This document shows, in pieces, positions 47,768 to 57,506 of a DNA stretch of 64,000 nucleotides. Both the position numbers and the translations under genes were made by a program. Positions within the stretch are counted from its first letter, which is position 1. The number at the start of each line of letters is the position of its first letter. The DNA comes from Euryarchaeota archaeon UBA443 (GTDB lineage Archaea > Thermoplasmatota > Poseidoniia > Poseidoniales > Poseidoniaceae). The notes beneath the pieces were generated by a model. That model was given only the letters and a program-made list of their open reading frames with translations, made no database searches and was not told the origin of the DNA. The stretch spans positions 11,720 through 75,719 of the forward strand of contig DAKS01000039.1 in the NCBI GenBank assembly GCA_002499195.1. Reading direction: 5' to 3'.

Positions 47768-48388
47768 GTGGTTATGGAAGGACCCATTGTGGATGGTTCT
47801 GGTTCTGCTACAGGGCCAATTGCATTCATCGATCGAGATGGTGTCCTCAACTATGGTCGAAATGGTTACGTCAACCATCCAAATGAATTGATTATGATCC
47901 CTGGTAGCGGTAATGCTATCGCTCGATTGCGGGCAAAAGGTTACACGATTTGTGTCGTTACAAATCAATCTCCAATCATGCGTGGGCTATGGACTGTTGA
48001 ACGACTTCATTCCATCCATAACAAACTTCGGCAACAGCTTATCGAAGAGAATCCTGACGCAGTTATCGATATCATCATGACATGTCCTCACAGAAATCGA
48101 GATCGATGTGGATGTCGTAAACCATGGCCAGGAATGTTGGTTAAAGGCAACAATATTCTTCGTGATGAGCGTCAACCAAATCGACGAATTGATTGGGCTG
48201 GACCAAAACCCGAATCTTGGCATCCACTCGATACAATGGTTGGAGATCGAAAGTCAGACATGGGAGCAGGTTGGGCAGTTGGTGCTCGAACATTTGAGGT
48301 ATCAGATAAACTAGGCCTGCCTCAAGTCATCGACAGGGTTCTTGATGAACACGATGCTGGCGATTTCTATGATCCTATGAGGTGGTAA
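47768..48388 (+). CDS. HAD-superfamily phosphatase, GmhB-like (D,D-heptose-1,7-bisphosphate / histidinol-phosphate phosphatase family).
   Basis: Motif I FIDRDGVLN, motif II VVTNQS, and a zinc-binding CPHRNRDRCGCRKPWPGM insert typical of GmhB. Confidence 0.7.
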   Translation: MVMEGPIVDGSGSATGPIAFIDRDGVLNYGRNGYVNHPNELIMIPGSGNAIARLRAKGYTICVVTNQSPIMRGLWTVERLHSIHNKLRQQLIEENPDAVIDIIMTCPHRNRDRCGCRKPWPGMLVKGNNILRDERQPNRRIDWAGPKPESWHPLDTMVGDRKSDMGAGWAVGARTFEVSDKLGLPQVIDRVLDEHDAGDFYDPMRW

Positions 48389-48404
48389 TATCGGTTGGCT
48401 AGGA

Positions 48405-49592
48405 TTGGACGATACGGATTCTCTTCGCGGAGGTTGTACAACAGAAGTCTTGTTTAGACTCATTCAACAACTTCCTACAGACGTTAACGTTGGCCAGGCG
48501 AGATTGGTCCGATTATGGCCATTTGCTCAACGACGCACACGCGGCAATGCGGCTGTTGCGGTTGAATTGAAAACTGATGATGAGTCAGCGTTGTTGCAAT
48601 TCCTCGAAGGATATTGGAACGATTTTATCCTCCCGCTAAGAGGTGATGTTCAAGCAAGTCAACACAGTGATCGAGAACAATTTCCTTCGGATCCAGGTAT
48701 GGTTTGGTTTTCTAAAGTTAAGAGTAATGAACTATTCTATAGAAATGGTTTACGGCAAGAAATTGGCGAGAAAGATTTGCCGGAAGCAACAAAATCATGG
48801 GGAGGTCATGGAAAGATTGGTGCGACATTAGCAGTTCATTGGCCTGCAAAAACCTCAACCTTCGAAGCTATTGCTTGGAGGATGCAAGAAAATACTGGAC
48901 CAAGAAAATTGGATGAGAAGGCGATTGCAATAGTCGATCAAATGAAAGAAACATTTCTTTGTCGAGACGGACGCTTAGGAGCATCGATGTTAGCACCTAG
49001 AGGCTCATCACCTGTCTTGTTCGGAGTGCGTACTTGGACCAAGCAATCAGCAGAAGAGGCACTTCAAATCCTCATCGATGCAACAAATACTGAACCTGTT
49101 GCAGGTTCGATAGTGTTTGAAACGAATCATGCCACAAACGATCATTTGGATGAATCATTGGAATTACAGATCGAAGCGATTGAAATTTTCAAAGGAGGAC
49201 ATGCATTGCTACATTCAACGACTGAACGATTTTTGGCGTTCAAAGAATCAGGACAGATCGCTTCAATCTGTCAAGAATTACGAGTAGGAGACGTTGTTGA
49301 ATGTAAAGGATTACGAGCGCCAGATGGATCAATACACATTGAATTTTTACAAATTTCACATCTCGTTTCGAATCGAAAACGACCGTTGTGCCCAACCTGT
49401 AACAAGTCGATGTCATCGATGGGGCGGAATCAGGGATTACGCTGTAAAAAGTGTGGATTCAAGTCCGAGGATGTATGGGATGAATCGCCACGGTCCTTGC
49501 CGATGAACCAATGGTTTCAACCACCACCGCCCTCTCGAAGGCATCTCGCTAAACCACTGGATGAGCAACCAGAAAGACAAAACAATCTTTAG
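48405..49592 (+). CDS. tiaS: tRNA(Ile2) agmatidine synthetase TiaS.
   Basis: The N-terminus ...LGLDDTDSLRGGCTTEV matches TiaS IGIDDTDSxxGMCTT. A C-terminal zinc ribbon is present (CPTCNKSMSSMGRNQGLRCKKCG). The apparent start is TTG at 48405, 17 nt after the upstream stop. Confidence 0.75.
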   Translation: MDDTDSLRGGCTTEVLFRLIQQLPTDVNVGQARLVRLWPFAQRRTRGNAAVAVELKTDDESALLQFLEGYWNDFILPLRGDVQASQHSDREQFPSDPGMVWFSKVKSNELFYRNGLRQEIGEKDLPEATKSWGGHGKIGATLAVHWPAKTSTFEAIAWRMQENTGPRKLDEKAIAIVDQMKETFLCRDGRLGASMLAPRGSSPVLFGVRTWTKQSAEEALQILIDATNTEPVAGSIVFETNHATNDHLDESLELQIEAIEIFKGGHALLHSTTERFLAFKESGQIASICQELRVGDVVECKGLRAPDGSIHIEFLQISHLVSNRKRPLCPTCNKSMSSMGRNQGLRCKKCGFKSEDVWDESPRSLPMNQWFQPPPPSRRHLAKPLDEQPERQNNL

Positions 49593-49613
49593 CACCTTAG
49601 TTGAGTTGGAAGC

Positions 49614-49868
49614 ATGTCAGAGGAGACGACCAAAAACATCACGACGGTTATTCTCATTCTAATTTTCATTGGAATGATGATTTTTATTGGCGTTCGGGCA
49701 CGTCGAAACCGAGAAGATATGTTGAAAAGTCACGCACCAAAAATTGCTGGGAAAGATGAACTTGAGGGTGGGGCTAGACACCCTCAACGATTCGATGAAC
49801 CGGATGAAGAGGCTTTGGAAGAAATGGCTGAATTACTCGGTGAAGGTTCAGACGATGAAGAAGCCTGA
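49614..49868 (+). CDS. Small single-TM protein with an acidic C-terminus (hypothetical).
   Basis: 84 aa; TM VILILIFIGMMIFIGV then ...EEALEEMAELLGEGSDDEEA. It converges on, and overlaps by 21 nt, the KaiC-like gene. Confidence 0.35.
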   Translation: MSEETTKNITTVILILIFIGMMIFIGVRARRNREDMLKSHAPKIAGKDELEGGARHPQRFDEPDEEALEEMAELLGEGSDDEEA

Positions 49869-50645
49869 TTCTTCAATTAGCAAATCACTAACATCACCAT
49901 CCTTGTCGAGATGAGTGATGTTGCGTTGGCCGGAATATAATCCCCAAATTTCGAACCCTTGACTTACAAATTCAGTTTTTGAACGAACACGATATTCCTC
50001 ATCCGACCCTGTCACATCAGTTCCAGATTTCGAGATTAGAAGTAGAGTTGTTTCTGAGTTGATACGTTGTGCAAGATCGAAAATAGCCTTCAGATTATCC
50101 TTTTCTATCCTTCCTGTTGGAGAGCACCAATCATCGAGAACGACAAGACCAACCCGGGGTAAACTCTGCTCGGCTTCAACAATAGCATCAACGCATCTAT
50201 CCATTGCACCGATGAGATTGAGGGCATGAAATCGACTAGATTCGACAATGTTCAATGAAGAAAATAGTTGAGAAAAACGTGTCGCATTTGGCATCTCAGG
50301 AGAGGCCCACAATACACGTCCACCCGATTGAATTTGATCCACTGCGCAATGAAGGCCAAAAGTTGTGCCGCCGCAACCACCTTGAACTGAGAGATGGATT
50401 CTTCTCCCAGTCAAATCGTTCGACCAACGTTCCGCCATAAACCATGGGTGGAGTCCTATGATTTGATTCCGTTCATGCAAAATGCTCTTGACCTCTCTCT
50501 CAATCGACAGGTTATGAGCGGAGAAGTGCGAAAAGGTGAGCGAATCCCACGCAGAGAGGCTCCTCCTTACGAAGAAGCCGATAGTTTTGGTCAAGCCGTA
50601 GCTCGAGATGGTTTCTTCAAAACGGCGATTAACGATGCTAACCAA
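49848..50645 (-). CDS. RecA/KaiC-like P-loop fold protein with a degenerate Walker A (no lysine).
   Basis: LSVQGGCGGTTFGLHC occupies the Walker A position without the conserved Lys. Walker B-like VGLVVLDDW is present. Length is 265 aa. Confidence 0.45.
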   Translation of the reverse strand: MVSIVNRRFEETISSYGLTKTIGFFVRRSLSAWDSLTFSHFSAHNLSIEREVKSILHERNQIIGLHPWFMAERWSNDLTGRRIHLSVQGGCGGTTFGLHCAVDQIQSGGRVLWASPEMPNATRFSQLFSSLNIVESSRFHALNLIGAMDRCVDAIVEAEQSLPRVGLVVLDDWCSPTGRIEKDNLKAIFDLAQRINSETTLLLISKSGTDVTGSDEEYRVRSKTEFVSQGFEIWGLYSGQRNITHLDKDGDVSDLLIEESGFFIV

Positions 50646-50773
50646 TACGGTCCAATCGGTATGATGATTCTTCTTTTCATTGTCGCTACCATAACCGGTG
50701 CGGCCATCAAACTGCTTGAATCGCTCTGATGGCTTGAAACAATTGGATTAAAAATCGCTCTCCTGACTGTTTT

Positions 50774-50790
50774 GAAAGCGATATATTCAA
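50774..50790 (+). promoter_or_regulatory. TATA-like element with leaderless-type spacing.
   Basis: gaaagcgatatattc lies about 30 nt upstream of the ATG at 50815. Confidence 0.3.
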
Positions 50791-50814
50791 ACCCGCTTTG
50801 TCGAAGTCTTGAGC

Positions 50815-51279
50815 ATGAGTGAGGGCTCAGTTAACGTTGAGAGTCGCACCTCTTCTCAAGATAAGCGTTGGACCATAATGGCCGCTTTGCTCGGAACAAA
50901 TACAGCAGTAATGTTGTTTCAAGGTATTGAGCAAGAAACAAATCCTACTCCTATTCGGGAAGTTGCACTCACCATTATTGCTGCAACATTGCCGTTCCAG
51001 GCGATTTATTTCCTCATCTACACCTTTCTTCTCGAGAACAATGGCAAACTTAGCCATCACATGGTAAAGAAATTGAAAACTGCATCCAACATCTGTCAAT
51101 TGTTTGCGTATATTTCCTTGGTTGGCGTTGCAATGTTGTGGTACAATCTTTCGATATATGTTGGTGTTGTCTTCTTCATATCCACTGTTTTTGCTATGAT
51201 CTTGGTACGTTATGCCATGATGACGGATGAAGAATCTCGTGATGAAATGAAGGCTAGTGCCAATGAGCAAGGTTCATGA
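50815..51279 (+). CDS. Hypothetical membrane protein (about 4 TM helices).
   Basis: The ORF opens at 50809 (TTG). The ATG at 50815 lies about 30 nt downstream of the TATA-like element gaaagcgatatattc, which would fit a leaderless start. Confidence 0.45.
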   Translation: MSEGSVNVESRTSSQDKRWTIMAALLGTNTAVMLFQGIEQETNPTPIREVALTIIAATLPFQAIYFLIYTFLLENNGKLSHHMVKKLKTASNICQLFAYISLVGVAMLWYNLSIYVGVVFFISTVFAMILVRYAMMTDEESRDEMKASANEQGS

Positions 51280-51301
51280 AGTATCTTCTTGACCAAACAA
51301 T

Positions 51302-52660
51302 ATGGCGTTCTGCCCTCTTGATTACCGATACGGCTGCCAAGATTTCAAACACATTTGGTCCGAATCAGGGCGCCATGAACGTCAATTGGAAGTTGAACGT
51401 GCACTGATTTGGGCACATTGGCAACTAGGTAGAGTGTCGGAAGATGACTATAACGCGGTAGCTGCTATTTCAAATCCAGAATCGGTACGAAAAGAACGTG
51501 TTTCTGAGATTGAAGCCGAAACACGTCATGATATCATGGCCTTAACAAAAGCCATGGCTGAAGCCGCAGGAGATGCTGGATGGTGCATACACCTCGGCGC
51601 CACATCCAATGATATCGTTGATACAGCCGTTGCATTACAACTTCGTGATAGTATCGTTTTCCTCAGAGAACAACTGTGTTTGCTGATCGGAGTTTGTGCT
51701 GATGTTGCAGAACGGGAACGTGATACTGTCATGCTGGGACGTACCCACGGGCAAGCAGCAGTTCCTATCACATTTGGACTCAAAGCAGCAGTATGGCTCG
51801 ATGAAATGCGAAGGCAACTTGTTCGACTCGATGAGGCTACACCAAGAATCGCGGTTGGTAAGTTCCTCGGTGCCGTTGGAACTGGAGCTGCTCAGGGAGA
51901 AAACGCACGTGAACTTCAGAGGCTTATTCTAACTCATCTCGGCCTTGGTGTTCCACTTGCAACCACTCAAGTTGTTGGTCGTGATCGCTACGTTGAATAT
52001 GTCTCTTGGCTAGCGAATGTGGCAACAACTTGCGAAAAGATTCTCCAAGAAATCCGTAATTTACAACGCTCCGAACTTTCGGAAGCGGGTGAAGGATTTG
52101 ATGTTAAGAAACAAGTTGGGTCTTCGACAATGGCTCACAAAAAGAATCCAATAAAATCTGAAAATGCCTCCGGACTTGCACGAATCGTACGTTCTTTTAT
52201 CATTCCAACATATGAAAATGCGCTTCTATGGCATGAAAGAGATCTTGCAAATTCAAGCAGTGAGCGTTTTACACTTTCACATGGAAGCGCATTGTGCGAA
52301 GATGTCATCTCCAAAACTCGACAAGTACTAACCAATATGTGGGTTGATGCGGAGCGATGCATGGAGAATATTCGTGCACAACGTGGTTTGGTTATGGCCG
52401 AGAAGGTTATGATCGACCTTGTTGACCGAGGTATACCTCGAGATGAGGCTCACGAAATTCTTCGTGAAGCATCCTTTACGGCTGTTGCAAATAAAGAGGA
52501 ACTCATCGATGTATGCAGTCGAACACCAGCAATTTCAGCCTCTTTCAGCGCTGAAGAATTGGAAGCGATGTTTGAACCAAGCAATCACATTGGAGTATCT
52601 GGTGAACTCGTTGATGAGGCTGTTGCACTTGCCCGTGCTGCGATTCAAACAACGGATTGA
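51302..52660 (+). CDS. purB: Adenylosuccinate lyase.
   Basis: Fumarate-lyase signature GSSTMAHKKNP and an ASL-type N-terminus (PLDYRYG). Length is 452 aa. Confidence 0.88.
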   Translation: MAFCPLDYRYGCQDFKHIWSESGRHERQLEVERALIWAHWQLGRVSEDDYNAVAAISNPESVRKERVSEIEAETRHDIMALTKAMAEAAGDAGWCIHLGATSNDIVDTAVALQLRDSIVFLREQLCLLIGVCADVAERERDTVMLGRTHGQAAVPITFGLKAAVWLDEMRRQLVRLDEATPRIAVGKFLGAVGTGAAQGENARELQRLILTHLGLGVPLATTQVVGRDRYVEYVSWLANVATTCEKILQEIRNLQRSELSEAGEGFDVKKQVGSSTMAHKKNPIKSENASGLARIVRSFIIPTYENALLWHERDLANSSSERFTLSHGSALCEDVISKTRQVLTNMWVDAERCMENIRAQRGLVMAEKVMIDLVDRGIPRDEAHEILREASFTAVANKEELIDVCSRTPAISASFSAEELEAMFEPSNHIGVSGELVDEAVALARAAIQTTD

Positions 52661-53301
52661 ATCGTGAACACGCCTCTGCTAGCAGTATGATGCTCTTCTC
52701 CAGAAACCTGTAATGATCTTGACCATATTGGGCCACCGAGGACGAAGGTTTCGTACTCACCACCCTCACCATCAACATTGAATCTATGTTGAAGGGATAG
52801 ATTGTGAAGTTCATCCAATGTCGCTTTTGTAAGTACATGGCCAAGCCATGTGTGATCCAGTCCTTCACAGGAGACGGATGTCATCATGATTTCAAAACCT
52901 GCTTCAACCATACCTCGAAGGTGTTCGATTGGTGTTTGATGCCACAATGGTGCGTAGGAGTGAATGTTGAGTCGCTGACACATACATTCCAAACGTTGCT
53001 TCTGAAAATCAGAACGTAATGCACCACTGACTAAAGCATCGATTTCAAGTTGGGACAGGGCCGATTCAAGTGCTTGTATTTCATCCTCAACAGAACCCGA
53101 TGCAGGAACGTTGATCCAAGGTATCTCTGCAAGTTGTGCTTGATGTTTGACCCATTTGGTCGAAGGTACCTGAAACATATGGGAATCACCATCCTGAATC
53201 TCCACCGTGACAATCGCGACAACGTCCCAGCCACGACACATCGCCCACCACCAGGCGGCTGAGGAATCCTTTCCTCCCGAACTGAGGACTGCAATTCGCA
53301 T
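52645..53301 (-). CDS. dph6: Diphthine-ammonia ligase (Dph6 / MJ0570-family PP-loop ATPase).
   Basis: MRIAVLSSGGKDSSAAWWWA carries the SGGKDS PP-loop. The overall alpha-ANH-like architecture is present. Length is 218 aa. Confidence 0.7.
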   Translation of the reverse strand: MRIAVLSSGGKDSSAAWWWAMCRGWDVVAIVTVEIQDGDSHMFQVPSTKWVKHQAQLAEIPWINVPASGSVEDEIQALESALSQLEIDALVSGALRSDFQKQRLECMCQRLNIHSYAPLWHQTPIEHLRGMVEAGFEIMMTSVSCEGLDHTWLGHVLTKATLDELHNLSLQHRFNVDGEGGEYETFVLGGPIWSRSLQVSGEEHHTASRGVFTIQSVV

Positions 53302-53441
53302 AAACCACCCACGAACTTCAACTTCATGAGATTAAGGGAAAACAAGCCAAGTCTTCAAATGGGTCCTTCAATTGGATTGTATAGGGTGGTGAAGCATCAC
53401 CCTCATAAAGCGTCGAGGACGAGAAGGAATTGGTGAGATAA

Positions 53442-54164
53442 ATGCAACCTAGTGGAAGAGGATACGATCATGGAATTACAACTTTTAGCCCAGATGGACG
53501 TTTGTTCCAAGTAGAATACGCTCGCGAATCTGTCAAGCGTGGTACAACCACTGCAGGACTGAAGTTCAAAGAAGGCGTTGTTCTTGTTTGTGACAAGCGT
53601 ATTGCATCCCGCCTCATCATCCCAGAATCCATTGAGAAGATGTTCAAAATCGACGAACACGTAGGTGTTGCAACCTCTGGACTTGTCGCTGATGCACGGC
53701 AACTCGTCGCTCGAGCACGGGTTGAATCTCAAATCAACCGAATCACCTATGCAGATACAGTTCCTGTTGACGTTCTTGTCAAAAAAATCTGTGACTTCAA
53801 ACAATCGTTCACCCAATACGGTGGGTCCCGTCCATTCGGTACCGCTTTGTTGATTGGTGGTGTTGACGATGAAGGAATTCATCTCTACGAAACTGATCCT
53901 TCCGGAGCCTATCAATCATATCATGCCGGTGCAATCGGTAGCAACCGTAACACTGTAATCGAGTATTTCGAGAAGAATTGGAAGAATGGAATGACCCTAA
54001 ATGCGGCAATGAAGATGGGACTTGAAGCCCTTCGTTCTGCAAATGATACTGAATTAAACCGTGATGCTGTTGAAGTTGTCGTCGTTGATGACAAAGGATA
54101 CCGTATCCTCGACCGAGGCGAAGTTAACAAGCAGCTTGATCGTCTCAAGCCTCTTGAAGACTGA
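53442..54164 (+). CDS. psmA: Proteasome alpha subunit.
   Basis: GYDHGITTFSPDGRLFQVEYARESVKRG is the canonical alpha-subunit N-terminus. It is the first gene of the exosome superoperon. Confidence 0.92.
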   Translation: MQPSGRGYDHGITTFSPDGRLFQVEYARESVKRGTTTAGLKFKEGVVLVCDKRIASRLIIPESIEKMFKIDEHVGVATSGLVADARQLVARARVESQINRITYADTVPVDVLVKKICDFKQSFTQYGGSRPFGTALLIGGVDDEGIHLYETDPSGAYQSYHAGAIGSNRNTVIEYFEKNWKNGMTLNAAMKMGLEALRSANDTELNRDAVEVVVVDDKGYRILDRGEVNKQLDRLKPLED

Positions 54165-54202
54165 GCAATCAGTTTATTGTCCCCGTACCTATAGGTGGCC
54201 AC

Positions 54203-54895
54203 ATGGTCAGTCTAGATGATGCCGTACTTGCACGTTTGGAAAAAGGTGGAAAGCGTTATGAGGCGCTTGTTGATCCCGATCTTGTTGAACAGTGGAGAGA
54301 GGATTCCTCTAATATTGAACTTGATGACTTCATGGCAATGGATGAGATTTTTCATGATGCAAGAGCAGGTAATAGACCTACAGAAGATGCATTGATGAAT
54401 ACATTCGAAACCTTGGATGTTGAAAAAATTCTGAATATCATTCTCGAAAAGGGTTCTATTCAATTGACTACTACTCAACGAAAATCTCGTGTTGAAAACA
54501 TTCGACAACAGATTATTCATCATATCCACAGTGAGGCTATAGATCCAAAAACTAAGTCCCCACATCCACGTACAAGAATCGAATTAGCACTGGAGGAATC
54601 GAAATATTCAGTCGATCCATTCAAGCGGCTTGAAGAACAGGTAAATGATGCTATTGCGAAACTAAAACCACTCATACCTCTCAGCTTTGAATCTGTCCGT
54701 TTGGCATTTCGAATACCTGGTAGTGCTTACGGAAGTGTTAGTCAGTTATTGCGCACCTTCCAACAGAAAGAAGGTTGGCTTGAAAACGGTGATTGGGCCT
54801 GTGTTATAGAAATCCCGGCCGGAAGGAAAGGCGACATAATCGGACAAGTTCTCAAGCGAGCAAACAATGCAGAAGTCAAGGAATTGTCCTCTTAA
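54203..54895 (+). CDS. sdo1: SBDS/Sdo1 ribosome-maturation protein homologue.
   Basis: The N-terminus VLARLEKGGKRYEALVDPD matches the SBDS FYSH domain. It sits between psmA and rrp4 as in archaeal superoperons. Confidence 0.8.
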   Translation: MVSLDDAVLARLEKGGKRYEALVDPDLVEQWREDSSNIELDDFMAMDEIFHDARAGNRPTEDALMNTFETLDVEKILNIILEKGSIQLTTTQRKSRVENIRQQIIHHIHSEAIDPKTKSPHPRTRIELALEESKYSVDPFKRLEEQVNDAIAKLKPLIPLSFESVRLAFRIPGSAYGSVSQLLRTFQQKEGWLENGDWACVIEIPAGRKGDIIGQVLKRANNAEVKELSS

Positions 54896-54919
54896 CAAAA
54901 GGGTGCCCTTTATCATGGG

Positions 54920-55636
54920 TTGTCGAGTGGGCGGTTCGGAGAGAAAAGAATGTCCGAAGGTCAAGTTGGCGCCGAGCAGCGCCTCGTGACCCCGGGAATG
55001 GTCATCGGGCCATCATCCGGGAAGCGAGCAGGTTCTGGTACGATTACCGAAAACAATGAATTCATTGCCACCCGAGTGGGATGGCTTAACGAACAGAACA
55101 ATGTCGTTTCTGTTTCACCAATTAACAGTGCGTACATGCCTCGTTCCGGTGATTTGATCATTGGATTCGTTGCCGAAGTTCGAAACAACCTTTGGTTCTT
55201 CGATGTTAACGGTCCGTTCCAAGCACTCCTTCCTATGTCACTAGCACCATGGAAAGTTGAATTCGGTTCGACTCGCCAACATCTTGGCATTGGTGATGCT
55301 GCACTAGCACGTATTCAAGAAGTCGATGAAACACACAACATGGTTCTGACCATGAAAGGTGTTGGGCTACGTAGAATCAACGAAGGTGCTGTTTTATCGA
55401 TACCAGTCAACCTTATCGACACGCTACGAGGCGAAAATAACGCTATGGTTAGTAGAATTCGTGATGCAACTGATTGCAGAATTATTGTTGCTGATAACGG
55501 ACGTGTCTGGGTTCATGGTGACGCAGATAACATGAAGGTTGCACGAGAACTGATTCAAACTCTCAACCAAGAAGGACATAAAAATACATTCGAAAGTGCT
55601 GTAGAAGCACTTGAAAACGAACGAGGTGAACACTGA
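54920..55636 (+). CDS. rrp4: Exosome RNA-binding subunit Rrp4 (S1 plus KH).
   Basis: N-terminal domain, S1 (GDLIIGFVAEVRNNLWFFDV) and KH (IRDATDCRIIVADNGRVWVHG). No zinc ribbon, so Rrp4 rather than Csl4. Confidence 0.82.
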   Translation: MSSGRFGEKRMSEGQVGAEQRLVTPGMVIGPSSGKRAGSGTITENNEFIATRVGWLNEQNNVVSVSPINSAYMPRSGDLIIGFVAEVRNNLWFFDVNGPFQALLPMSLAPWKVEFGSTRQHLGIGDAALARIQEVDETHNMVLTMKGVGLRRINEGAVLSIPVNLIDTLRGENNAMVSRIRDATDCRIIVADNGRVWVHGDADNMKVARELIQTLNQEGHKNTFESAVEALENERGEH

Positions 55637-56364
55637 TGGGTGGATATGGAGACGTAAAATTACTACGAGAAGATGGAAAGCGACTAGATGGTCGAGCAAT
55701 CGATGAGATGCGACCAGTAACGATCGAAGCGGGAGTTCTTCCTGCTGCGCATGGATCAGCCATGGTAACACATGGACTCAACGTGGCTGTTGCGGCAGTC
55801 TACGGTCCTATGGAAGCACATCCTCGGAAGATTCAGCGACAAGATCGAGCAGTCATAGATGTGCGATATAATATGGCACCTTTCTCAACAGGTGACCGAA
55901 TCCGTCCTGGATTCAACCGACGAAGTCGAGAAATCTCCAAGGTTACTGCAGAAGCTCTTGAGTCGGTAGTACTCGTCGAGAGATACCCTCGCTCGAAGAT
56001 TCGAGTTGAAATCGAAATCCTCGCCGCTGAAGCAGGTACACGATGTGCGGGTATCACCGCTGCATCTGTCGCTCTTGCTGATGCTGGAATTCCAATGCGA
56101 GACATGATTGTCGGTGTTGCATCAGGTAAAATCGAAGACACCGTTGTTCTTGACTTGGATAAGGCTGAAGATAACTACGGTCAAGCAGACCTTCCGGTTG
56201 GAATCCTGCCAAATACTGGTGAAATCGCATTCTTGCAAATGGATGGAGATCTTTCCATTGACGAATATAATCTCGCTATGGAATACAATTTCAAAGCAGC
56301 CAAAGAAATCCATGAAGAGATGGTTGACGCTTTGAAGCGTCGATATGAAGGAGGTGAGGCCTGA
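55636..56364 (+). CDS. rrp41: Exosome catalytic subunit Rrp41 (RNase PH domain).
   Basis: RLDGRAIDEMRPVTIEAGVLPAAHGSAMV is the RNase PH fold. TGATG overlap with rrp4. Confidence 0.9.
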   Translation: MGGYGDVKLLREDGKRLDGRAIDEMRPVTIEAGVLPAAHGSAMVTHGLNVAVAAVYGPMEAHPRKIQRQDRAVIDVRYNMAPFSTGDRIRPGFNRRSREISKVTAEALESVVLVERYPRSKIRVEIEILAAEAGTRCAGITAASVALADAGIPMRDMIVGVASGKIEDTVVLDLDKAEDNYGQADLPVGILPNTGEIAFLQMDGDLSIDEYNLAMEYNFKAAKEIHEEMVDALKRRYEGGEA

Positions 56365-57149
56365 TGGTCGAACTAGTTCCTTCCCTATTGCGACAAGAAC
56401 TCAATCGTTTAGCTGAAGATGGTCAACGAATTGATGGTCGTGGACAATTCGATGGACGCGATGTTCATCTTGAAGTTGATTGTCTCTACAACGCTGAAGG
56501 ATCTGCAAAGGTCGTTTGGGGCGATACCATCATCTATGCTGGAGTTAAGTTTGAAATTCGAACACCATGGCCTGACCGACCTGCACAAGGATCGCTCATG
56601 TGTGGTGCTGAACTTCGACCAGTTGCACACCGTAAATACGAGCCAGGTCCACCATCACCACAATCGATTGAACTCGGCCGTGTTGTAGATCGTGGAATCC
56701 GTGAATCAGGTTGCATTGACATGGAAGAATTGTGTATTGTTCCTGGCGAGAAAGTCTGGGGTGTTATGATAGATATCCACGTCCTTTCTGATGGAGGCAA
56801 CATATTCGATGCTGCAGGTCTTGCCGCTATCGCTGCTCTGCGAACTGCGGTCGTTCCAGCAGAACGATTCGATGTTGGCGAAGATTACACTTTGAAAGTC
56901 AATGGAACGCCAATTATGGCTTCATTCAAGCGAGCCGGTGGACGCTTCGTATACGACCCGAGCGAGGAAGAAGAACTCGGCGGTGACGAGCGAATTCACA
57001 TCACCCTTGGTGATGAAGGACACCTCCACTCATTACAGAAGGGGCTAAAAGGAGTCTTCACTCCGGACGAATTTGCCGAGATTCTAGCGGTCGCCGAACA
57101 GAAGTGCAGTGAACTGAGAGAAATGGTAGCAGAAAAGGAGGGGAACTGA
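56364..57149 (+). CDS. rrp42: Exosome subunit Rrp42 (inactive RNase PH domain).
   Basis: A second RNase PH-like protein immediately after rrp41, with TGATG overlap. Confidence 0.85.
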   Translation: MVELVPSLLRQELNRLAEDGQRIDGRGQFDGRDVHLEVDCLYNAEGSAKVVWGDTIIYAGVKFEIRTPWPDRPAQGSLMCGAELRPVAHRKYEPGPPSPQSIELGRVVDRGIRESGCIDMEELCIVPGEKVWGVMIDIHVLSDGGNIFDAAGLAAIAALRTAVVPAERFDVGEDYTLKVNGTPIMASFKRAGGRFVYDPSEEEELGGDERIHITLGDEGHLHSLQKGLKGVFTPDEFAEILAVAEQKCSELREMVAEKEGN

Positions 57150-57506
57150 TTGGCAAAGAGAACCCAGAAAGCAAAGGCAACAGCCCGATTTGGTGCACGA
57201 TATGGTGTTAGCGTTCGACGTAATGCTGGAAGTGCTTTGGCAAAGAAGAATGCCAAGTACACCTGTCCAGTTTGTCACTACCGCAAGGTAACCCGCCAAT
57301 CAGTCGGCATCTGGTCCTGCAGTAAGTGTGGCCACACCTTCGCTGGCGGTGCATGGGAACCATTCACTCGAGCAAGCGATGCAAACTCCCGTATCCTTCG
57401 ACGATCTGTTGAAGGAGCAACAACTGCGGATATGGCATTCATTGCACAACAAGCTGCTCTAGACTTTGAGCGAAAGGCTGCTGAAGACGCATCTGAAGAA
57501 GAGTGA
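57150..57506 (+). CDS. rpl37ae: Ribosomal protein L37ae (eL43) with an acidic C-terminal extension.
   Basis: AKRTQKAKATARFGARYG and the zinc ribbon CPVCHYRKV...CSKCGHTF are present. TTG start abutting the rrp42 stop. Confidence 0.85.
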   Translation: MAKRTQKAKATARFGARYGVSVRRNAGSALAKKNAKYTCPVCHYRKVTRQSVGIWSCSKCGHTFAGGAWEPFTRASDANSRILRRSVEGATTADMAFIAQQAALDFERKAAEDASEEE

